Part shown: piece after piece, positions 9,005 through 17,317 of the stretch
Layout of the letters: every line of letters starts with the position of its first letter
Position numbering within the stretch: position 1 is the stretch's first letter
Source of the DNA: Spirosoma sp.
GTDB lineage: Bacteria; Bacteroidota; Bacteroidia; Cytophagales; Spirosomataceae
DNA length: 33,826 bases
Reading direction: 5' to 3'
Assembly: GCA_028288385.1 (NCBI GenBank)
Contig: JAQBNX010000047.1
Span: 1 to 33,826 of the forward strand
Position numbers and translations under genes: made by a program
Notes under the pieces: generated by a model
What the model was told of the DNA's origin: nothing
Databases searched by the model: none
What the model saw: only the letters and a program-made list of their open reading frames with translations

Positions 9005-10228
9005 TTACGCCTCCTCCTGAGAGGCGTGATCAGGCCATTGTTCGAGTAAGAAATCGGCTAAGTCGGCACCCATGGCTCGTTCCTGCTCCGTGGCATTATC
9101 TTCCAGATAGCTCGAAACCGTGATCGCAAACCCATCCCCTACCAACTCACCCGCTACCCGATTCCAGCGATCAAACGCACGCCTGTCAGTCGACAGATCA
9201 GGAAACAACTCAATGCGGCGACCCCGTAAGGGGGCCAATCGTTCCGCATTCAAATACGACAATGCGCCCACGGCCATCCAGATAAAGCCCGGAAAATAAG
9301 CCGTACTGATAATAGCCGTTTTGGGTGCTTCGACGATGGCAACGGGCTGGTTGGCATCGGCGGTTAAGAGTTGCGGCAAGCCGAAGAGGCAAGGGGATTT
9401 TTGCACCTCATTTCGCTCATCCAGATAGGCCATCAGCCAGGCGGGATAGGGTTGCTGTAGGGCATCGCACCGTCGGGCATAGGCCGAATGGACCCAGGTG
9501 GTGCGGCTGCGTTTTTCGCCTGCTTTAATCACGTATTTGACCGTGTGAAACGTCTCGTCAAAGAGTTTGATCTGTCCGCCCCGGATGCGTTGCTGCTCAT
9601 CAATATACCAGAACACACAGGCCCCGGGCCAACGTCCAGACGTGCCTATGTTGAAGCGTTTTAATAGTTGGTCGGCCACGGTATCCCCAAAATGACGCGC
9701 TAACAGGCGGGCTAACTGATTGCGGTCATAATGGCCCAGGGACTGGGTAAACACCTCCTCGGGAATGGTGTAAAGCGGGCTGATTTGACGGGTTGGGATA
9801 CCCATTACGGGCTTAAGGGGTCGGTTCGCGGTCGATGATTGGTCAAAGACGAAGTTGGCAACCCATTCCGCCTGCTCGAGTCGGGCCCCTTCTAATTGCA
9901 TCAGATGGGCGATGATATCCCCTTTCAGGATGCCCTTATGCTTCTGTCGAGCCGCCATGGTAAACCATGCCTTTGGGATTGGGCCAACATGAGCCTGGTC
10001 GTTAACCTGCTTGGCATACGATTGACCGGAGGGGCCTTTGTGGTAGGGATTGAGGTGATAGCCACAGTTGCTTTCCCGATCGCAGCGGCCGTAGGCGTCG
10101 GGCAGGAGTTGGCCGGTTTGGGTGTCGATGTAGCGACTCAAGGTTTTGCGGTGTGTTTGGCCGCAACTCGGACAATCGGATTTGATGGCTTTTTTGGGTA
10201 GCTGATAGCGGAAGATATGGGCAGGCAT
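9005..10228 (-). CDS. DUF6371-type primase-like protein (Zn-ribbon plus TOPRIM-like)
   Basis: CPSCG...YGRCDRESNCGYHLNPY Zn-binding N-terminus, VFWYIDEQQRIRGGQIKLF, CLFGLPQL, VAIVEAPKTA and IELFPD. ATG at 10228 is preferred. Confidence 0.75.
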   Translation of the reverse strand: MPAHIFRYQLPKKAIKSDCPSCGQTHRKTLSRYIDTQTGQLLPDAYGRCDRESNCGYHLNPYHKGPSGQSYAKQVNDQAHVGPIPKAWFTMAARQKHKGILKGDIIAHLMQLEGARLEQAEWVANFVFDQSSTANRPLKPVMGIPTRQISPLYTIPEEVFTQSLGHYDRNQLARLLARHFGDTVADQLLKRFNIGTSGRWPGACVFWYIDEQQRIRGGQIKLFDETFHTVKYVIKAGEKRSRTTWVHSAYARRCDALQQPYPAWLMAYLDERNEVQKSPCLFGLPQLLTADANQPVAIVEAPKTAIISTAYFPGFIWMAVGALSYLNAERLAPLRGRRIELFPDLSTDRRAFDRWNRVAGELVGDGFAITVSSYLEDNATEQERAMGADLADFLLEQWPDHASQEEA

Positions 10229-10486
10229 GTGGGTAAAATTCAAAGAATGATTCCAACTCTATTTCGGGTCGCTTTTTGGCCCTTTAACCAAGAAGCCGTT
10301 CCCCAGGAACGCATGGCTTACGGATAAAATGCCTGAGTCGACCCCGGGGTAAAACTCAAAAAAAGCCCCCGTCAAACCTAGCCGGACTTTCCGCTGCTCA
10401 GGTGCTCCATTCTACACACACCCCAGGAGAGTTGATCCAGTGCTTTGGGGTTATCAATCCCCTTGACCAGCGCGCTGCTTCGATGA

Positions 10487-10753
10487 TCATTCGGAATCGG
10501 TATCCATGTTTAACCGATCAACCAAGCTAAAACCCGCTAGATAAGGCGTTAAGGCCACCGTGCTCCGAAAGGCGCGACACCCCGTTATTTGATTCAGGCG
10601 GGGATGGTAACGAACCTCGACCCAAAAGGCATCAATGGCATAAAGATTCAGTAGATAGGGACCTTCCCGGCGACTGACCACGAAATTACTTCGTTCCCAG
10701 ACGGCACTGAGTTGAGCAGTTTCCGACAAGCGATTGAATTCATACAAGGTCAT
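10487..10753 (-). CDS. Hypothetical protein of a small family common in Cytophagales, 88 aa
   Basis: ATG start and MTLYEFNRL...LYAIDAFWVEVRY pattern. Sits in the intergenic gap with the same orientation as its neighbour. Confidence 0.65.
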   Translation of the reverse strand: MTLYEFNRLSETAQLSAVWERSNFVVSRREGPYLLNLYAIDAFWVEVRYHPRLNQITGCRAFRSTVALTPYLAGFSLVDRLNMDTDSE

Positions 10754-11061
10754 ACCTGAAGGAGTCTCGATATATCCGACATAGAGGGCTCATACAGGTG
10801 GATGAGAGCCTCAAGAACGAAAATAGTCAACATTCATCAGATTCAATTATCTAAAAGAAGCATATATGTTGAGAAAAGTTGATGTGCCAGAGCACTGGAT
10901 AATACCAGGGTTTGCAAATACCACGAGGTAAAAGAAGAACTGTTTTTGAGTTGGAGTTTAATCCGGAAGGTATAAGGTCTACTGAAATCTTTGTTTTAAA
11001 GAGTAAGCTTGCTACAGTGAGGATCCACGCTTCATTATTTTTCTTCCCTCCTAACTGAGTA

Positions 11062-11123
11062 ATACATTTTTACAATTATATAAAATCATGATATTATGAT
11101 TTTATATAATTGTAAAAATGTAT
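11062..11123. repeat. 62-bp near-perfect palindrome (28-bp arms, 6-nt centre)
   Basis: ATACATTTTTACAATTATATAAAATCAT-gatatt-ATGATTTTATATAATTGTAAAAATGTAT; the arms are exact reverse complements. Confidence 0.95.
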
Positions 11124-12110
11124 ATTTGTGAATATTTACTTTATAGCCAACCCCTAGAAGATTATTAATAAAAACAATGGATAATTAAACATGTAATATG
11201 TAAATAATAAAATAGTACCCGTAAGTAAGAGCAAGAAGTGATATAAATACTTAAAATGTTTTTCAACATAAATGTTATTTTATAAAATAACATAATAATA
11301 AAATAACCTTTTATATAATTACCTGATAAACAGTAGATAATATAGCAAATAGTTAATTTCGAGCCAATTCTGATAAGCAAAAACAGACGAGTACTCGCAG
11401 ATGGGCAACTAATCACACTGGAGGTAGATAGGACTGTGAAAATCTATGGGGAGAGGGAGCTTATTGACGTTTTGATGCGCATAATGTCCGCTTTTATTAC
11501 CGCAAAAGTATACTCTTAAAATACCTGTACTCTAACAGGGTTATGCTACGCATCGCCAGACGGTAGGACTCCCCCACCCTACTGCCAGCACATCCGGAAC
11601 TAGAAAATTACACCTTAGCTGCCATAAATTTTTTCAATCTGGCTATCACTATCAGAAGTTGAAATAATTCATTTGGCTCTGGTTCCTATTGGCACAGCTA
11701 GGCTATTTATTTGCGATTGGCTCTGACCAACGGCTGATCACTTTGTACAGGGTAACGGAAACAATCGACAAACGCCACAGCCTTGATAAAATACGGATTG
11801 CCCGATCAGGCTATGATCCCTCCTGGTATCCTAAACGGTAATAGATGTCAACCCGCTATATGAACCATTTGAAGGAAATCCAGAGGGCAACATAACAAAC
11901 AGCTTTTTAGCGTCGACTTTATTAGCGGCCTGTTAGTAGGAATGAGTAGCGTCGCTAAGACACTACGGGATTATAGAGTTCGTGATCAATTTACAGTCAA
12001 AAACAGATCCTGCATTGGATTGACAAAAGGTTGAAAATTCGTAAGGGAAAAAAAGCCTTCATCTCACTAAATAAATCTTATTGACTTTTTTCTTTCTTTA
12101 AATTTGTGTG

Positions 12111-12162
12111 ATTATATATAATTGTGAAATAATATATTTTAATTTTCACAATTATATATAAT
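12111..12162. repeat. Inverted repeat with 19-bp arms and a 14-nt spacer
   Basis: ATTATATATAATTGTGAAA (12111-12129) and TTTCACAATTATATATAAT (12144-12162). Confidence 0.9.
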
Positions 12163-12230
12163 TATTATTTTGTGATTATATGATTTCACGCACACTGTCA
12201 AATACACTTCGAGATTGGAGTTGAGGTAAG

Positions 12231-12376
12231 TGTGAAAATATAAAAATGTTATTCTATAAATATTAAAAATAATATTAGTGTAAATATGTAATCACTAAGG
12301 ATACAGTAGGGGATGAGTGCTTATTTTCTTCAAAAGAAGTAAAGTGTTATATTGTATAAATATAATTATGTAATTT
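12231..12376. repeat. Arrays of degenerate 8-bp-phased repeats (T(G/A)TDWWWW-like)
   Basis: TGT/TAT starts at 12231, 12239, 12247, 12255, 12279 and 12287, and again at 12345, 12353, 12361 and 12369. Confidence 0.6.
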
Positions 12377-12697
12377 GATATTTTATCAAAATAACAATTT
12401 GCTCCTGTTTGGATGTAATCGTCTCTGTTTCAGTATTATTAAGGATTTGTATCATACTAGAATGTATAGTTCAGCCAGTCCTAGCAAATACAACCAGGTA
12501 ACGTTCAGGGTAGTAACCTACGACCAAAGCTAATTACTTGAAAAGGCCCAAGAGCTAAGCGATCTTACCAATAGAATCAGTTTTTATTTAGTGAAACATA
12601 CACTACTGCTTCTTCACTAAAGGAGACTATGGCCGGTTTTCCGCCGAAAGAGAGTGTTTGTGTTCTGTACACTGGTTTTGCCTCCTTACTTTTATCT

Positions 12698-12825
12698 GAG
12701 CAAGATAGAACAACACAGGACGTTGTTAATCAGCAGCATAGCTGCTTTTTTCGTTGTTATTTGTAGTAAATACTTTCACAATGTATTGTCAATTAGTATG
12801 TTAGGTTAATTATTTTACTACAAAT
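12698..12825. promoter_or_regulatory. Candidate oriT / mob operator region
   Basis: Lies immediately upstream of the mobC-relaxase pair. GAGCAAGAT is followed by an AACAAC/GTTGTT inverted repeat (12709-12727) and a 12-bp perfect inverted repeat ATTTGTAGTAAA (12759-12770) / TTTACTACAAAT (12814-12825). The nic site was not identified. Confidence 0.4.
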
Positions 12826-12848
12826 CTTGTAACTCTCTGATTATTAGT

Positions 12849-13388
12849 ATGAATACTTCACCAATTCGCATTCATGATGAACTCGTCGAAAAGGCTAGAA
12901 AACAGGTCGCTAGGATTAACGAACGAGCCAAAAAACGAGCACCAAGGGGCCAAAAACCAACCAAAATTACCCTGACGGACTATATGGCCAAAGCCTTAAC
13001 GCACTACTTAGAACTGGACTATGATCCGTTGAAAGATGAGGATAAGAACCCGCTACGGGAAACGATTCTACGCACAACGGATCGAATCATTGCCTATTTG
13101 CAAACGCACGAGCGGTGGTACATGGACCCCGTGAAAGAACACCTGGAGCGGGTTGAAAATCGGATGCAACAGCAACAGGCAGTTGATCAAACGGAACTGG
13201 CTCGATTACGCGAAATCAGTACCTACGCCTATCTGACGAGCGATCTGGTGCTTAATCTCATGTATTATCAGTACAAAGATGATCCTGATGAGTTAGCCCG
13301 ACTGCAAGCTTGGGGAGGAAAGCGATACGAACAACGGTACGCCGAGTTGATCACAAAACAAACAGAATCATCTTCTGACCAGGAATAG
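12849..13388 (+). CDS. Relaxosome accessory mobilisation protein (BfmA/BtgA/MobC-like)
   Basis: RHH-like N-terminus (SPIRIHDELVEKAR...LTDYMAKAL) and helical RTTDRIIAYLQTHER. Directly upstream of the relaxase. Confidence 0.6.
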   Translation: MNTSPIRIHDELVEKARKQVARINERAKKRAPRGQKPTKITLTDYMAKALTHYLELDYDPLKDEDKNPLRETILRTTDRIIAYLQTHERWYMDPVKEHLERVENRMQQQQAVDQTELARLREISTYAYLTSDLVLNLMYYQYKDDPDELARLQAWGGKRYEQRYAELITKQTESSSDQE

Positions 13389-13556
13389 CCTTCACCGAAC
13401 AGAATAGCTTGTTGACCGAGTGGTTCTGTAAACTCACCTAAAATAGTTTTTTGCTATCAGTGCTTTAACCAAAATTGTATAAACACCGACTATAAAGCCC
13501 TATTCCATAGCGCAAAAAATGTAAAAATGTTAAATAATAAAATTGTGGAAGTGTAA

Positions 13557-15167
13557 ATGGTCGTGCGTGTACTACCTTCCAGCCGAGGTGACGTGTATTC
13601 AAATACAGGTTCAGCCGGACAATTGGTGAAGTATCTAGAACACGAAGCACGGGAGGAAAAGCGGGAAGACCGGGCGATCTTCTTTAACCTGTCACAGGAT
13701 CGAATAAGAGGCGAAGTTGTGCAGCAACACCTTGATACCAATGTAAAAGGGTTGCGAGCCAAGGAAGCCCGGTTTCATTCCATCGTCATTGCTCCAAGCC
13801 AGGACGAACTAACGCATATCAAGGACGACCCGGAAAAGCTCAAACAGTACACACGAAAGGTTATGGAAAACTACGCTTCCAACTTTCACAGCCGTACTGG
13901 AAAAACGCTGACGGGGGATGATTTGGTCTGGTACGCGACGGTGCACACCAGTCGGCGTCACCGCAATCAGGATGAGGAAGTTCAGTCCGGGCTGGCCAGA
14001 AACCGACAGGAGAAGGGGGGGGCGCAGACCCATATCCATGTTGTTGTGTCAGCCAGGGATAAAAGGATGCATCGGACGCTACACCCAGATTCAGGTCCCA
14101 AGCAATTTAATTATCGGGCCTGGCTGCAGAATAACAACCGGGACTTCACTCAGCAGTTCGGCTATCACAAGCTGCTCACCGAGGAGGAGCAGCGGCAGCG
14201 ACTCGATAAGCAACTGAGCCGGATTGACCGGGCTGGTCTGATGCTTGACCGCGATGTACTCGCCAGTGTGGGTCAGCAGCAAAAATACGGCAGCCGTTTC
14301 TGGCAAACGCTGAATCGATTAGAGCGTGAGGTGCGCACTGGAAACGTTTTTACGCTTAATCAGGCGTACGAGCGCTTGCAAGCAGGTGATAATCCAAACC
14401 GGTTGGAAAAGCAACTGGGTCGACTCGACCAGTTGGGACTACCGCTCGACCAGAAACTAATGAACAGTATTGCCAAGCAACAACGCTATTCGTCCGGGTT
14501 CTGGAAAGCGCTGACCACCCTTGAGGACGAAACGCGTCAGGGAATCGTGCAAACGCCTGGTCTGGCTTACGAACGACTTCGACAGGCTGAGTTGCAGCAG
14601 CGGCTGGATCGGCAACTTAACCGTCTTGACCGGGCCGGGCTGCTCCTGGATCGAAACTCGATCAACAGCATTGCCCAAGAGCAGCGCTATTCAGCTAAAT
14701 TTTGGCGCACACTGAGTGGATTGGAAAGCGAAGCTCGTCAGGGATGGCAGCCAACCTATAACCAGATTTACGCTCGGTTTACTCCCAAGCAGGAGCGAAC
14801 AAGCGGCGGGGCAAAGCGGGATCATGTTAATGACAGTAGGCCGCCGGCAAGCGATAATCGCGTGAGCCTCAACCGGGGAGGGTCACGACCTCGGCCCACA
14901 CCTGAAAATTATGAAATCAGTAACGGAACGACGGCCGGGTCGCCAGTGCCAGAGTCGGGGAACAGAGCACCGGTGGCTAACGGCTTACCACAAAATGAAG
15001 AGGGTAGGGGAGGGGCGTATCGTTTGCCCACGCTCTCTACCCGACCACTCCAACCCGTCAACCTAAAACCGCTGCTGGCTGCTTTATCCTTTGATAGTTT
15101 ACCACAGGAGGGTGGCCAGGCTAAAAACCGTGACGATTTCAAACGTAAGCGTAGACGCAGACGATGA
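13557..15167 (+). CDS. Conjugative relaxase, DUF5712/MobB family, with a triple internal repeat
   Basis: NTGSAGQLVKYLEHE (catalytic Tyr), FHSIVIAPSQDEL, ATVH and QTHIHVVVS (HUH). Basic C-terminus. Confidence 0.85.
   Translation: MVVRVLPSSRGDVYSNTGSAGQLVKYLEHEAREEKREDRAIFFNLSQDRIRGEVVQQHLDTNVKGLRAKEARFHSIVIAPSQDELTHIKDDPEKLKQYTRKVMENYASNFHSRTGKTLTGDDLVWYATVHTSRRHRNQDEEVQSGLARNRQEKGGAQTHIHVVVSARDKRMHRTLHPDSGPKQFNYRAWLQNNNRDFTQQFGYHKLLTEEEQRQRLDKQLSRIDRAGLMLDRDVLASVGQQQKYGSRFWQTLNRLEREVRTGNVFTLNQAYERLQAGDNPNRLEKQLGRLDQLGLPLDQKLMNSIAKQQRYSSGFWKALTTLEDETRQGIVQTPGLAYERLRQAELQQRLDRQLNRLDRAGLLLDRNSINSIAQEQRYSAKFWRTLSGLESEARQGWQPTYNQIYARFTPKQERTSGGAKRDHVNDSRPPASDNRVSLNRGGSRPRPTPENYEISNGTTAGSPVPESGNRAPVANGLPQNEEGRGGAYRLPTLSTRPLQPVNLKPLLAALSFDSLPQEGGQAKNRDDFKRKRRRRR
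14199..14780 (+). repeat. Three tandem 201-nt (67-aa) coding repeats within the relaxase
   Basis: Units start at 14199, 14400 and 14601, with consensus RL(D/E)xQLxR(I/L)DxxGLxLD...S(V/I)xxxQxYxxxFWxxLxxLExExRxG...YxR. Confidence 0.9.
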
Positions 15168-17062
15168 ACCAAAACCGGAACGCCGTGCTCGCCATTGCGG
15201 CCCTTGTTGGGCTGGCCGTAGCCATCGAGTATTATTTTGTGCTTCATGTGGAGCCTCGGGAGTCTTCTTGGTACCAGACAGTACTGTCGTTTTTTGTCAA
15301 AGCCGGTTGGTTGCTGCGTGTGCTCTTTGCGGTACTAACTACGGTACTATTTATGTACGCCGATGAGGGTAAAAGCTATTGGCAAGCCCGACGACGTAAG
15401 AAACTACCCTTACGCCAGCAACTCGCTTTGCTAACCGGCTTTTTACTGAGTGCTGGCTTGTTAGCCGGTGTCCACCGCTTCCCAGGCCTGTTTCCCTGGC
15501 TGTTGCCGGCTGCCGTTACAATGGTCGCCGGGTTTGGAGCCGCCGTTGGTTACTGGATACTTCGCCAGGGACCCCCAAACCCCCTCCCAGAAGATCGTAA
15601 GAAAGGGGTAAGCGCGAAAGGATTTCAATTTCGGACAACAACGGGAGCGTGGGTTAAGATGCCAAAACTATTCCGAGGTGTCCTTATCGTGGCGGGCCCC
15701 GGTGGGGGTAAGACGTATACGTGGGCAAAGCCGTTTATCCGGCAGTCGATGGAGCAGGATTTCTGCGGCATCCTCTACGATATTAAATTTCCTGAGCTGA
15801 CCGAATACGCGTATCATTACCGGAAGCTCAATCCGAAGGCAAGTGCTAAGTTTTGCATACTGAATATGCACGACATGAACCGCACGCACCGGTTGAATCC
15901 GATTGCCGTTGAATACCTTCCCAGCATTAGTCACGCGGAAGAATACGCCATTGCACTGGTCAAGAATTTGCAGCCCGAAAACATCGATAAGCCGGATTTC
16001 TGGTCCCGCTCGTCGACGGCGGTTGTAACAAGCATTATCTGGTATTTGCGCAAGCATCACCCGCTTCAGTGTACCCTGCCCCACGTAGTAACGCTACTAA
16101 CCAAAATTCCCTACTCCCGGATGATGACACTGCTAAGCCGGGATGCGGAATGCCTGAGTTACGTCATGAGCGTAGTAACCGCAATGGACAATAAAGCTGC
16201 TGATCAACTGTCGGGCGTGATGGGAACCTTACAAGTCGTCGTTGCGAAACTAGCTACGCCGGAGATCTTTTGGGTAATGTCGGCGACGGATCCTGGTTTC
16301 AGCATGAATCTGAACAAGAAGAACGACCCCATCTTTCTATGCCTGGGCGGCCAGCGTGGATCGGAAGCCCTGCGGCCAGTGCTGGGTTTGTACTGTACCG
16401 TAGCATTGAAGTTGATGAACCAGGAAGGCAAGCACCATTCGATTGTCCTGCTGGATGAAGCGCCCACTATCTACATTCCTAACTTTGAGCAAATACCGGC
16501 GACCGGGCGTAGTTCGCAGATTGCCACCGTATTCATGTGCCAGGATTTTGCGCAGATTCAGAAGTACTACGGTGAAAAAGAAACCAGAATGTTACTGGGT
16601 ACGCTACAAAATCAGCTGTACGGAAACACTACGAATATCGACACGGCTAAAGTTGCCAGCCAACTGATCGGTCGGCACGAAGTCATTGTAGCTGAGGAAA
16701 CACGAACTAAAGGTCCCCATTTTGATTTAGGCAGCTTGCTGGACCACCGAGCCGCATCTGGACGAAGTCAGGGTAGTATAAACTATCGGCGACAGGAAAA
16801 GCCGATAATCTATCCCGAATACATGAACGAATTTGACGAAGGTGAGTTTGTTGGCGTTACCGTCGGAACAACGTACGGAAAGTTCTGGGGCACCCTGGCA
16901 CCCGAGCCCGACGAAGGGTCCATCGATCCGTTACCCGCCTTTTCAGTGCAGCACGATTTACGAACCAACATGGATAACATCGTTTTGGATTGCGCCGATA
17001 TTCTAGGTTTATCCGACGATGAAATTGGGCATCTGTTAACGCCGTTTGAGCCCGTTTCGTAA
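15164..17062 (+). CDS. Type IV coupling protein (VirD4/TraG-TraD family, Bacteroidota MobC-type)
   Basis: N-terminal TM helices, Walker A AGPGGGKT, ILYDIKFPEL, RLNPI, Walker B LLDEAPT and QDFAQI. ATGA overlap with the relaxase. Confidence 0.92.
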   Translation: MNQNRNAVLAIAALVGLAVAIEYYFVLHVEPRESSWYQTVLSFFVKAGWLLRVLFAVLTTVLFMYADEGKSYWQARRRKKLPLRQQLALLTGFLLSAGLLAGVHRFPGLFPWLLPAAVTMVAGFGAAVGYWILRQGPPNPLPEDRKKGVSAKGFQFRTTTGAWVKMPKLFRGVLIVAGPGGGKTYTWAKPFIRQSMEQDFCGILYDIKFPELTEYAYHYRKLNPKASAKFCILNMHDMNRTHRLNPIAVEYLPSISHAEEYAIALVKNLQPENIDKPDFWSRSSTAVVTSIIWYLRKHHPLQCTLPHVVTLLTKIPYSRMMTLLSRDAECLSYVMSVVTAMDNKAADQLSGVMGTLQVVVAKLATPEIFWVMSATDPGFSMNLNKKNDPIFLCLGGQRGSEALRPVLGLYCTVALKLMNQEGKHHSIVLLDEAPTIYIPNFEQIPATGRSSQIATVFMCQDFAQIQKYYGEKETRMLLGTLQNQLYGNTTNIDTAKVASQLIGRHEVIVAEETRTKGPHFDLGSLLDHRAASGRSQGSINYRRQEKPIIYPEYMNEFDEGEFVGVTVGTTYGKFWGTLAPEPDEGSIDPLPAFSVQHDLRTNMDNIVLDCADILGLSDDEIGHLLTPFEPVS

Positions 17063-17116
17063 TCCGATAACTAGGCAGTCTCTGCTTATTAACGTGTTTC
17101 TTTTTGAGCTAACCGC

Positions 17117-17317
17117 ATGAACAAACTAGTAAAGGGGCCTTTGGGAGCCCACGTACAGGATATGGGGGACCGGTTAATTGTCGACTTTAGCGTGATCCGG
17201 GCGGAAACTACCCAGCGGGTAGGCTACGTCGACAAACCGGCCGACGTACCTTGGCTTATCGAAACCGTAAGTCAGGAAGAATTTAGTCAACGACAAGCCG
17301 ATGAGCAGCGCCTATGA
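17117..17317 (+). CDS. Hypothetical protein, 66 aa
   Basis: ATG start. Fills the gap and has an ATGA overlap with the next gene. Confidence 0.55.
   Translation: MNKLVKGPLGAHVQDMGDRLIVDFSVIRAETTQRVGYVDKPADVPWLIETVSQEEFSQRQADEQRL

Noticed and set aside
11062-11123. Palindrome as a protelomerase (telRL-like) site
   Set aside because: The size is similar, but no telomere resolvase is in the window, and the arms are made of the same octads found elsewhere, which favours a protein-binding array.
11165-11416. 83-aa minus-strand ORF in the AT-rich region
   Set aside because: Its Ile/Tyr/Phe-rich composition is typical of translated AT-rich non-coding DNA, it has a non-ATG start, and it shows no motifs.
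11040-12400. Possible CRISPR array in the repeat-rich intergenic region
   Set aside because: There are no 25-45 bp direct repeats with unique spacers and no cas genes; the repeats are degenerate octads and palindromes.
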